Shown here: positions 18,033 to 26,370 of the stretch, piece by piece
How the letters are laid out: the number at the start of each line of letters is the position of its first letter
Numbering within the stretch: the first letter of the stretch is position 1
IMG/VR virus record: IMGVR_UViG_3300021255_000105
Direction: 5' to 3' (one strand)
Origin: an uncultured virus (IMG/VR IMGVR_UViG_3300021255_000105)
Taxonomy: Duplodnaviria; Heunggongvirae; Uroviricota; Caudoviricetes
Length of the DNA: 64,000 nt
The notes under the pieces: generated by a model
What the model was told of the DNA's origin: nothing
The model's database searches: none
What the model saw: the letters and a program-made list of their open reading frames with translations, nothing else
Position numbers and translations under genes: made by a program

Positions 18033-19160
18033 CTACATTGCAAGGGCAAAAACATTGTTTTTGTGAGTGAGCCCGGCGCGAAGTATGTTTATTTCGTCCC
18101 GGTCATAACCGCCCGTAATTGCAAGGGATACGGCCTCGGCGGTATCAATACCCGCCTTCATAAACTTTGCGAGGCGGGATATGTTACGATACCCGAGGAC
18201 GATATGCACCCCGGCCGCGGCGGCGCTTTTTCTCATGTCATAAATGAACTCGAGAATATCGGACCGCCCCCCGGCGAGGTTTTTCTCAATCCCGGCGCAA
18301 TAGTCGAACTGCATCGGGGTGAACCTATTAAGGGAGGAGGCGTCGATTACGCTGCGCCCGGTGTACATTTCATCAGCACCCCGGCCGCAGGTATTTCCGG
18401 CCGCGATACAATGAAAATCTTTGTGCATTTTTACGCGGCCCCCGGGGAAGGTGAAATATCCGTTAGCGAGGGCGGCGTTCAATGTTACCAACGTATCCGG
18501 GCAGGAGGCGTCGAGTTCATCAAGCATGAAAACGCCGCCCCGGGTGAAGGCCCGGTAAAATTCCGTTTCATGATAGCGCCCGGAGGCGTCAATAAAGCCC
18601 GTCAATTTAAATTCATCGGTTACGGAATTTTGATAATAAAATTCTAAACCGAGGGCGCGGGCTATTTGCTCACAAACGTAATTTTTCCCGGAGCCCGCGG
18701 GGCCGTAAAGATAGACGGACTCACCGAGCTGCATGAGCTGCAGCAGGCGGGCAAATTTATCATGTTTTACCTCGTTATCTTTGCGGGGTGCGGGTACGGG
18801 TGCGGGGGCCGGGACGGGTTCCGGCATGGGTGCGGGAGCGGGCTCGGGTGCAGGCGTATCTTTGCGGGCGCGGCGGGTTATGTTTTCGCGTATCTTTGCA
18901 TAAGCCTCGGACCCCTCAAAACATACATTTATAAGTTTTTCAGGACCGGACTCGGCGAGCATTGTAGCGGCGGCAGTTTCAGTCAGAACCCCGGAAAAAT
19001 CCCCGAGGCGATACATGAACTTCCAGCCGTACATGTTACCGAGTTTTGTGTTATTCCATGCAAGGGTATGAGAACCCAAAAACATAGAACCGGACTCGCA
19101 AATGATAGCGCTTTTTTTGCCGTTTACATAGCATTTAAGAATGTTTGCATTGTGTTTCAT
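18033..19160 (-). CDS. MoxR/CbbQ-like AAA+ ATPase
   Basis: Walker A GPAGSGKN, Walker B FMLDELD, AAGNT, DASSLNRF; Pro-Ala linker after N-domain. Confidence 0.88.
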   Translation of the reverse strand: MKHNANILKCYVNGKKSAIICESGSMFLGSHTLAWNNTKLGNMYGWKFMYRLGDFSGVLTETAAATMLAESGPEKLINVCFEGSEAYAKIRENITRRARKDTPAPEPAPAPMPEPVPAPAPVPAPRKDNEVKHDKFARLLQLMQLGESVYLYGPAGSGKNYVCEQIARALGLEFYYQNSVTDEFKLTGFIDASGRYHETEFYRAFTRGGVFMLDELDASCPDTLVTLNAALANGYFTFPGGRVKMHKDFHCIAAGNTCGRGADEMYTGRSVIDASSLNRFTPMQFDYCAGIEKNLAGGRSDILEFIYDMRKSAAAAGVHIVLGYRNISRLAKFMKAGIDTAEAVSLAITGGYDRDEINILRAGLTHKNNVFALAM

Positions 19161-19591
19161 AACTCATAAAGATTTAATTGTTTAACATGGTACTTCGGCG
19201 GGGTATCAATCCCGGCAAAATAAGCCCGGGCGCCGTATTGCACCCGGGGCGGCAAAAACAATTAAATCTAACTTTTTGAGTTATCGGAAAACGTTTCAAA
19301 GTTTATCCCTGCAGGCAATTGCTCCGTTTTTCTTTCGGGATTGTGCGTATAAAAACGCCCTGCATGATTTTCCCTTCCTCATCGGAATGTCATTTACTTT
19401 GTTTTCCTGTATTGTCAAAGAACTTCCCCGGCGGCGCGGGCTCTTGCATCATGGACTTTTACGGGGTTTTCAAGTCCGAGCCCTTCGGCATTGTCTTGCA
19501 TTGATTAGTGTTATAGGATTAAACCGATATTGTTATATATCCCGTCACCTTCGACGGCGTTTTAACTAATCAATGTTTCAAAGAACTGATG

Positions 19592-19599
19592 CAAAGTTA
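19592..19599 (-). promoter_or_regulatory. -7 element of promoter driving the early array
   Basis: TAACTTTG on the minus strand in an AT-rich intergenic region. Confidence 0.6.
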
Positions 19600-20070
19600 C
19601 GAAATATATTTTAACAGTCAAGAAAAAATTTAACTTTTTTTGAAAGAAAGTTTTAACCCGCTAAATATCAATACTTTGCAATGGGTGCAAAAATGGGCTT
19701 AATTTTAAATAATTCTAATTTAGAGGGGTATTTTTGCGAGGCCGGGTATATTTTAACGCCCGGCGGCCCTCAAAGGACCCCCCCGGCGGGACGGGTGCAA
19801 AGATACGCCCGGAAAGGGCGCACCCGGGGCGAAGGATTGTAAAATAATTTAAAAAGCCTCTTATTTGCCCGCTATTGCAAAGTAGTGGCGGCAAATGATA
19901 AATTACACGCCCGAAGGGCAAAAGTGGCTAAAAGGGGCTTAAAAATAGCGTTTACGGGCAAATGAGCAAACAAAGGGCCTCACGTGCGAAGGAGGGGCAA
20001 ATATCAATACACGAGAATAAACCCCCGGAAAAATAGCTATCTTTGCGGGGTATCAGTAAACTAAAAGAAT

Positions 20071-20604
20071 ATGCAAGAAAAACCGCTTAAAACATTAGTA
20101 AATAAGACTTTGACGGACCGCGAGCGAGCCGCGGTATATATGCACGTTTACGGGGGCTGCGACGATTGGCGGCTGCTTTACTCAATCGCGCAGCCGGGCG
20201 GGGTTGATACGCCCTTCCATGATACGCAGCTATCCACGTGGAAAAATAGCACTAAAATACGGGGCTTTATACGGGATTTAAATGCCGCCCGGGAGGCCCG
20301 GGATAATGAGATACGGAAGGCGGGATATAACGCCGGGCAGGAGGACTTACTAAATGCCGCCGGGGGGAATGATAGCGGGGCGGGATTAGTGGATTATACT
20401 AAACCGGACGAGCAAAAAAAGTTACTCAATCGCTTAATTGCAACCGCGACGGAGCCCGGGGAGGCTATCGACGCGCTAAAAATCATTGTAGCAGGGCAGC
20501 GGGATGATAGACAGGCGGCCCGGGAAGGGCGGCAGGTACGTGCATATTTGCCTCTTTTGTGCTATCAATGCCCGTTATATGAGGAAAAACGTAAAAATAT
20601 ATGA
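20071..20604 (+). CDS. putative terminase small subunit
   Basis: Helical 177-aa protein ending YLPLLCYQCPLY, which I associate with Bacteroidales phage TerS; own TATCTTTG promoter at 20038; followed by G-run region. Confidence 0.45.
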   Translation: MQEKPLKTLVNKTLTDRERAAVYMHVYGGCDDWRLLYSIAQPGGVDTPFHDTQLSTWKNSTKIRGFIRDLNAAREARDNEIRKAGYNAGQEDLLNAAGGNDSGAGLVDYTKPDEQKKLLNRLIATATEPGEAIDALKIIVAGQRDDRQAAREGRQVRAYLPLLCYQCPLYEEKRKNI

Positions 20605-20643
20605 ATATTCTAACGTTTTTAGCGCTCAAAATCAATGATTTAA

Positions 20644-20750
20644 GGGCGCGAGCGGGGCTCGGGCGTACCGGGGACCGGGGAGGGGGTAAACGGGGGCCGG
20701 ACGGGGGCCGGGGGTGTAGACCCAAATTTATTTTTTAATTTTTTTTCTGG
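20644..20750. other. candidate packaging site / genome end
   Basis: Dense G-runs then CCCAAATTTATTTTTTAATTTTTTTT; coincides with an abrupt k-mer change. Confidence 0.4.
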
Positions 20751-21217
20751 CCTTCCAGCACCACCCTATCCGACCTTGCGCCAAACTGTTGCCCAAGCTT
20801 CAGCGATATGTAACAACTTTGTTACATTTTTGGGGCTCCAAATCTGGACTTTTGCACCAGATTGCAACTTTTACGCAACTTTTTTGAGTAGAATTTACAA
20901 CGAAAATCGGCCTCCCAATGCGTTCTATTGCCGAAAATTGCAACTTTCGTAGATTTCACATTACTCTTTACACGAAAAAACGAAAAATATTAAAAATAAT
21001 AGAAAGAGTGCAGTAAAAGTTACGAAACTTACAACAATCGGCCTCCTACGGCCTTGTAGTGCCGAAAATCGTTGTAACTTTTGCTTTTAAAACTTGCAAT
21101 AAATCCGCAAAAACTCGCATTTTACCCTCTCAGCCCTTGGGGAGAATCCGCCATGAAAAACGCCTCGGCTCGTTTATGAAACCGGGGCGTTCTTTGGTCT
21201 TGCCGGGGAGAAATCGG

Positions 21218-21532
21218 CTATTTCGCCTCTTTCGGGGGCTCGCCTTTGGCTATGAGCCGAAGCTCTACTCCGCAACACGGGCAAACAAGCGCCGTCGCGG
21301 TGACTCTTTGGCGTGTTGGGATTGACTCCAGCTCGGACAGCGGGATTTCAGAAATCAGGGTTGCCGGGGTCGTATCGAGAACGTCCGCAATCTTCTGGAG
21401 CGTTTCCAGTGAGATGTTCCCTTTGGTGTAGTACGCGAACGCCTGTTTTGTCACGTCAAGCCTCCTCGCCGCCTCGGTCTGCGTGATGCCTCTTTTTTTG
21501 AGTACGTAAAGTAGATTTTCCTTAAAATTCAT
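21218..21532 (-). CDS. XRE-family HTH regulator with C-terminal CPCCG zinc knuckle
   Basis: RGITQTEAARRLDVTKQA..ISLETLQKIADVLD. Confidence 0.85.
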   Translation of the reverse strand: MNFKENLLYVLKKRGITQTEAARRLDVTKQAFAYYTKGNISLETLQKIADVLDTTPATLISEIPLSELESIPTRQRVTATALVCPCCGVELRLIAKGEPPKEAK

Positions 21533-21671
21533 GTCTTGTTAAATTTTCTTGCAAAAGTAAAGTTAATTTTTTACAAGCGCAAGGAAATGAGAAAAATTCC
21601 GAAAAACTTTCCTCGTCAATAATTCGCAACAACTCTTGCTTTTTGTTTGCGTTTGTGTTATTTTTGCGCCC

Positions 21672-21947
21672 ATGAGAGAAAAGGAATCAAAAAAACTCCG
21701 GGCCTCGGAGAAACTCCCCACTCGTTTTGTGCCGGTCGGCGGGACAATCAGGCGCTATGGCTTTACGTTTGTGGCCGTCAAGCGCCCTGCGGCTTCGCAG
21801 CTTCTTCCGTGCGAGGCTTGCTCCGGCTGCTGGTTCGCCAAGGGGCGCGTTGGGGACCTGATAACCAACTGTACGGATATTCAGTGCTCAAAATGGGACC
21901 GCATGGACGGTCGGAATGTTTGGTTTAAGCTGGAGGGCGAGGCATAG
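21672..21947 (+). CDS. small Cys-rich hypothetical protein
   Basis: ACSGCWF..C...CS..DR.DG.NV.F; TATTTTTG promoter at 21659. Confidence 0.65.
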   Translation: MREKESKKLRASEKLPTRFVPVGGTIRRYGFTFVAVKRPAASQLLPCEACSGCWFAKGRVGDLITNCTDIQCSKWDRMDGRNVWFKLEGEA

Positions 21948-22108
21948 CTAACTCCCTTCATAGCGAGCTGAAGGCTCTTGTCGAGCGGCATAAAACGGGG
22001 TACAGAAGTATTCTGGAAATCCGCGGTACAACCGACCGCCGGGACGCGCTCACCAACTTTTGCCGTTCTATCCTCCGCGAGTCCTCCCTTTGCTTTGTCG
22101 GCGGGGAT

Positions 22109-23269
22109 ATGGTTTACTTCGACGGGCGGATATACGCGAAGATTAAGCGCGAAACGGACGTTTATGATATGCTGTGCAATATCCTTATGGATTCTGGTGC
22201 TCTTCCCAGCGACGTAAAGAAGGTCGGGAGTATAGTCTTGACCGTTATTGCCGAAAAGTCATACCCCGCGTCACCGTATATCGCCTTCTCTAACGGGATT
22301 CTCAATGCAAAGACAATGGACTGGTCGGAGGGTTTTAACCCCCAGCGCGTCGTAACGGAGTATCTTCCTTATGAGTACGACCCGGCCGCACTTTGTCCTC
22401 TTTGGGAGAAATTTCTTCTGGAGGTCATGCCCGAAGAAACGGAAAGAATGGTGCTTCAGGAGTTCTTTGGCATGGCGTATCTTGACCGGTCCGGCTTTTC
22501 CGTGGAGAAGTTTGCCGTCTTTATTGGAAAGGGCGCTAACGGAAAAAGCGTCATTTTTGACGTGATGAAAAAAGTTATCGGCGAGGAAAATATCTCTAAC
22601 CTTGATTCCCTACAACTCGCCGACGAAAAGATGCTCCCCTATGTTAAGGGCGCAAGGCTGAATTTCGCTCCCGACCTTGCCAGTCAAAAGGACTTTTCCT
22701 CGGCACTCAAAGCCCTCGCCTCGGGGCAGGACGTGACTGGGCGGAAAATCTACGGCGATGCGGAGAAAATCAAATGCCCTCCCCTTTGCTTTGCCATGAA
22801 CGAGTTTCCGCGCTTCCGGGACGTGACGGACGCCTTCTTTCGGCGGGTTCTTTTATTCAGTTTCGACGTCCAGATTCCTCCGCACCGGCAGGATAAGCGC
22901 CTTGCGGTGAAAATATGGGAGAAGGAACGCCCGGGCATAATGAACTGGATTCTTCAAGGGCGGTTCAGGCTGATTCGGAACAACGGCGAGTTTACCTACT
23001 CCGAAAAAATGGAGAAAAACCTGAATATCCTCCGGGGAAAGGTTCGCGGAGGCGGGGAATATCCCGTCAAGAATTTTTTGGAGTCCCGCGGGCTTTCGGT
23101 TTATCCGTCTTACGCGGGGCAGGTCCCAATCCTGATTTCCCGACAGGAGATTTACGACGGGCTCGGCGGAGCTGTTTCCGTGTACATGATTACACGCGAA
23201 CTGACCGCCTTCGGGATTCAGACGCAACGTAGTAAAGAAATGAAATATAAAGTATATGAGAAGATATAG
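22109..23269 (+). CDS. D5/P4-family primase-associated SF3 helicase
   Basis: FSNGIL, YDPAALCPLWEKFL, Walker A GKGANGKS, AFFRR; frame is open upstream to 21929. Confidence 0.88.
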   Translation: MVYFDGRIYAKIKRETDVYDMLCNILMDSGALPSDVKKVGSIVLTVIAEKSYPASPYIAFSNGILNAKTMDWSEGFNPQRVVTEYLPYEYDPAALCPLWEKFLLEVMPEETERMVLQEFFGMAYLDRSGFSVEKFAVFIGKGANGKSVIFDVMKKVIGEENISNLDSLQLADEKMLPYVKGARLNFAPDLASQKDFSSALKALASGQDVTGRKIYGDAEKIKCPPLCFAMNEFPRFRDVTDAFFRRVLLFSFDVQIPPHRQDKRLAVKIWEKERPGIMNWILQGRFRLIRNNGEFTYSEKMEKNLNILRGKVRGGGEYPVKNFLESRGLSVYPSYAGQVPILISRQEIYDGLGGAVSVYMITRELTAFGIQTQRSKEMKYKVYEKI

Positions 23270-23441
23270 CCACGTCCCAACGGAGGAACTACATAAGCGC
23301 TGGCTCACCCTTCGGGACGAGGCTAAACGCACTGGAAAGCACCCACCGGAGCTCTATGAAATGAGAATGGAACTGGAACGGCGCAAGGGCTGGACTCCGC
23401 CGGTAGTAAATGTAGATTTCACCAAAAACATACCAGATTAA
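23256..23441 (+). CDS. hypothetical protein
   Basis: 61-aa ORF coupled to neighbours. Confidence 0.5.
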   Translation: MRRYSHVPTEELHKRWLTLRDEAKRTGKHPPELYEMRMELERRKGWTPPVVNVDFTKNIPD

Positions 23442-23444
23442 GTT

Positions 23445-24317
23445 ATGATTTTTCAGTTTTCGCCCATTCCCGAGGGCTTTTTCGGGGACAGCGGCTTGAC
23501 CGCAACTTCAGCGAATCATATCGCAAACCTCCTGAAGCTCCGCTATGAGCGGATTGAGAACGAGCTTAACTCGCTGAATTTCGTTACCGAACGTATGCAG
23601 GTAGTTGGCATGGATAAGGACGTTGTTATGAAAAAGGCACTCCTCTTCGATGCGGCCGGAATCAAGTCGAGGCTTGAAGAAGTTGCCATGTGCAAGGGCT
23701 TTATTGCGTTCCTCCGCGAGGCAATCAAGGAGAAAAAGCGCCTTACGGAGGAAATCGAGGACTATACGACACTGGAGTACCAGACTCTCATGGCAAACCA
23801 GCCAAGGCCGCAGCACCCTATCTCCGAAGAGGAAATCGTCAATGCAATGTCTATCGGCGACCGCGTGCGCTATCTTTCTAACGAGGCCCGGGCCGCTACG
23901 TTCGGGAAGTTTATTCATCCCGGAGGGACGCTGGCAACCGCCCGTAAGAGCGCTTTCGACGCATTTCAGGAGCCGACGAAGGTTGCAATGGCGGGCCGCG
24001 ATACCGTCTTTGTTCACCGCGAAAGCGCTGTTTCTCCCAACGAGATTGACTCGCTGATTTCCGACCTGCAGGCAGAGCACCGCAAGTCCGAGGCGGAGCT
24101 TAACGGCCTTAACCACGAAATCGACCAAACCCGCGTGCGTGATGCGCAGGACAAAATGGATAAGTTCCGCTCCGATAAGGATAGCTGGGATAAGGAAACC
24201 AGCCGCTTAAAGAGTGTTATCGACCAGACTCGCGTTGAACGCAGAAAGGTAATCGAAGAGCTTAAAATCGCCATTCCGAATAAATATCGGGACTTATACG
24301 AAACTATTAACGGATAA
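23445..24317 (+). CDS. coiled-coil hypothetical protein preceding a structured RNA
   Basis: 290 aa; FFGDSGLTATSANHIANL, AFLREAIKEK, AATFGKFIHPGG, LKIAIP. Confidence 0.75.
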   Translation: MIFQFSPIPEGFFGDSGLTATSANHIANLLKLRYERIENELNSLNFVTERMQVVGMDKDVVMKKALLFDAAGIKSRLEEVAMCKGFIAFLREAIKEKKRLTEEIEDYTTLEYQTLMANQPRPQHPISEEEIVNAMSIGDRVRYLSNEARAATFGKFIHPGGTLATARKSAFDAFQEPTKVAMAGRDTVFVHRESAVSPNEIDSLISDLQAEHRKSEAELNGLNHEIDQTRVRDAQDKMDKFRSDKDSWDKETSRLKSVIDQTRVERRKVIEELKIAIPNKYRDLYETING

Positions 24318-24358
24318 TCCGGGGCTGAAGGTTTATCCTGAAACCCGGACCAACGAGA

Positions 24359-24637
24359 GGGACGCATGTTCATTTTTTTCGATAGCGTAGTGCAGAGGTT
24401 AGCACGCCGGATTCACCCCGGAGGTCGTCGGTTCAAATCCGACCGCTATTATCATGAGCGCGTTTTTCGCTCGGCATTTAAACGATTTGGAGAATCGTTT
24501 GCACTTGAAATGCAACAAAAATGGCTCCGAACCCAAAACAATACAACCGCTCCGGCGGTATTGACGTTGCCTTTGTCCTTGACGGGCTCGGAGGTCCTTG
24601 CCTTTATCCTTGTCGTCGCCTTTGTAACATGCGTCCC
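24359..24637 (+). ncRNA. putative structured RNA closed by a 12-bp stem, containing a tRNA-like domain (24381-24451)
   Basis: GGGACGCATGTT (24359) pairs with AACATGCGTCCC (24626); several internal hairpins; 6-nt-periodic tracts. Confidence 0.7.
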
Positions 24638-24662
24638 AATCGGTCCAAACTTATAAAACTTT

Positions 24663-24908
24663 ATGCCAATGAAAACAATTACTATTGCAAAGGTTAAAAA
24701 CCTTATTACGGCACGCCCGAAGGAAATGCCGTTTGAAGTGTACCGCAAGCTGCGCAAAGAGCAGCAGATGATGCTCCACGGTTACAATGTAATCGAGATG
24801 CAGGGCAGTACCCCTGTTCGCAAACACATTCCCGGGCGCCTCGAGGGCGTTCAGATTCCCGCCTCCGAGTGGACCCGCTCCCGTGACTTTCAAATTGTTC
24901 TTAGATAG
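24663..24908 (+). CDS. hypothetical protein
   Basis: 81-aa ORF. Confidence 0.55.
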   Translation: MPMKTITIAKVKNLITARPKEMPFEVYRKLRKEQQMMLHGYNVIEMQGSTPVRKHIPGRLEGVQIPASEWTRSRDFQIVLR

Positions 24909-24910
24909 TT

Positions 24911-25111
24911 ATGGACCAAGAAAGAGCGGGCCAAATCAGCGCCCTTTACCAAAAGGCGACAACCCTTAACAGGCGGATTAAGGATTATCAAGTGAAGGTT
25001 GGCTGTGTCGGTACAACAACAATCACGGTTGATTGCTCGATGCTCCCGGCTATTATCCAGCTCACGGAGGCGCAACTCGCCGAGGTTGAAGCCAAGATTG
25101 ATGAAATGTAA
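24911..25111 (+). CDS. hypothetical protein
   Basis: 66-aa ORF. Confidence 0.55.
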   Translation: MDQERAGQISALYQKATTLNRRIKDYQVKVGCVGTTTITVDCSMLPAIIQLTEAQLAEVEAKIDEM

Positions 25112-25130
25112 CAAAAATGTTTCATAACCC

Positions 25131-25598
25131 ATGAAGATACGAAAAGACAATACGGTTAAACTCGAGCGCGGCGAGTACCGTGCCGGAAACTTCTTTTTCA
25201 AGATAGAAGATGCGCATATTAAGATTCAGGACCTCAACGGCCTTATGTCCTTTCGTGTTGGCCGTAGAATGGCCGTCGGAGTATGGCTTGAAAATACGCT
25301 TAAACGAGGCGAGGAGGGCGTGGAAACGCTTAAAACCTATGCCGCGACGGCGTGGACTTTTCTCGCCCTTGTGCCGGACCAAGAGGCGATTTCCGGAATA
25401 CTGGAGCTCACCAAAGACGCCATGCAGCGCCACCCCGATTGGTACGGCTACAAGCCCAGCGATGATGACAAGGTAAACGACGAAGCCGCCGAGGAAGTAA
25501 AGGAACTGACCGAGCTTGAAAAGAGCCTTGCTGAAATGCCTTCCGGTGAGAAGCCCAAGCGTAAGAGAAAGACCACCCATGCCGCCAAAGGCGAATAG
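25131..25598 (+). CDS. hypothetical protein
   Basis: 155-aa ORF. Confidence 0.65.
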   Translation: MKIRKDNTVKLERGEYRAGNFFFKIEDAHIKIQDLNGLMSFRVGRRMAVGVWLENTLKRGEEGVETLKTYAATAWTFLALVPDQEAISGILELTKDAMQRHPDWYGYKPSDDDKVNDEAAEEVKELTELEKSLAEMPSGEKPKRKRKTTHAAKGE

Positions 25599-25817
25599 TA
25601 CGTTTCACTATTGCGGCTACAAACACCACGTCGTAATGACCTTTGAGGATTGCGGCGAGGTGTTTGTGGTCGTGAAGTACTACGGAAAGCGCAAACGCTG
25701 GTGGCATTACGAAGTGTGGTCGCTTTTTGAGTATAGCCTTAAAACCGGGAAAAATGAAAACTAACGTTTTAAAGGCCCGCCCGGGGCTCCGTTATCGTAT
25801 CGGAGGGCTTTACTTAT

Positions 25818-25882
25818 GTAAAAAGCCTCCCGTTTCCGAGAGGCCAAATCTTTGAGTTATTTGTAGGCTTGCGCCTAACAGG
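25818..25882 (-). ncRNA. putative small antisense RNA
   Basis: Promoter TTTG N21 TATTTTTG (25917-25885); hairpin TAGGC-GCAA-GCCTA; seed AATAACTCAAAGATTTG; terminator GCCTCTCG-GAAA-CGGGAGGC-TTTTT. Confidence 0.75.
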
Positions 25883-25977
25883 TGCAAAAATAATGAATTT
25901 TTGGCTTTACGCGCAAAAAATTGGCAAAAAGTTCACTTTATTTGCGAAATAAGCAATAAGACACAGCGGTTATTGGT

Positions 25978-26370
25978 TTAAATTGGCTCGGTAGCCTTTT
26001 TTATCTCGCGGAGCTGGATTCCGTGGAAGTAGAGCATCATCTTTCGCTTAATCGGGTACTTTTCATCTGGAAAGCCCTTGCAATCCTCAACTACTAACTG
26101 GCCGTCCTTCTCGTAGACATAATCGGCCACATAAGTTACCGCCCGCTCGACAAGTTGCTGCACAACCTTTTCTTTGGTCTTTAATTTCTTGACTACGGGC
26201 CGATATTGGGCCGGGAGTAACGGGAACTCAACTTGCTTGCGAAGGTCGCTTATTTCGCCCTTTTGGGCCGCTTCTTTGAGTATCAGCCAACGGTTATATT
26301 CCAGCTTTGACGCAAACTCCCCTTCCGGGGTCACTATCTTTTTGTTTCCGTATTTTCTACGTGGTATCAT
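25978..26370 (-). CDS. DUF1064-family PD-(D/E)XK nuclease
   Basis: KYGNKK, FASKLE, YVADYVY, VVEDCKG motifs. Confidence 0.85.
   Translation of the reverse strand: MIPRRKYGNKKIVTPEGEFASKLEYNRWLILKEAAQKGEISDLRKQVEFPLLPAQYRPVVKKLKTKEKVVQQLVERAVTYVADYVYEKDGQLVVEDCKGFPDEKYPIKRKMMLYFHGIQLREIKKATEPI

Larger units (their letters stand above)
10621..19250 (-). repeat. dispersed intergenic element: GC hairpin with TGATAC-type loop followed by AAATCTTTGAGTT-ATG
   Basis: Exact GGTATCA (+ strand) in hairpins at 10633, 13188, 13847, 14685, 15135, 16222, 17136, 19202 (also 1081); variants at most other junctions. Confidence 0.9.

Noticed and set aside
10621..19250. Intergenic hairpins as simple intrinsic terminators
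   Set aside because: No U-tract follows them on the coding strand, and the conserved loop is unexplained
24366..24656. 96-aa ORF over the structured RNA
   Set aside because: Runs through a tRNA-like fold and closing stem; hydrophobic tail is a by-product of the hexamer periodicity
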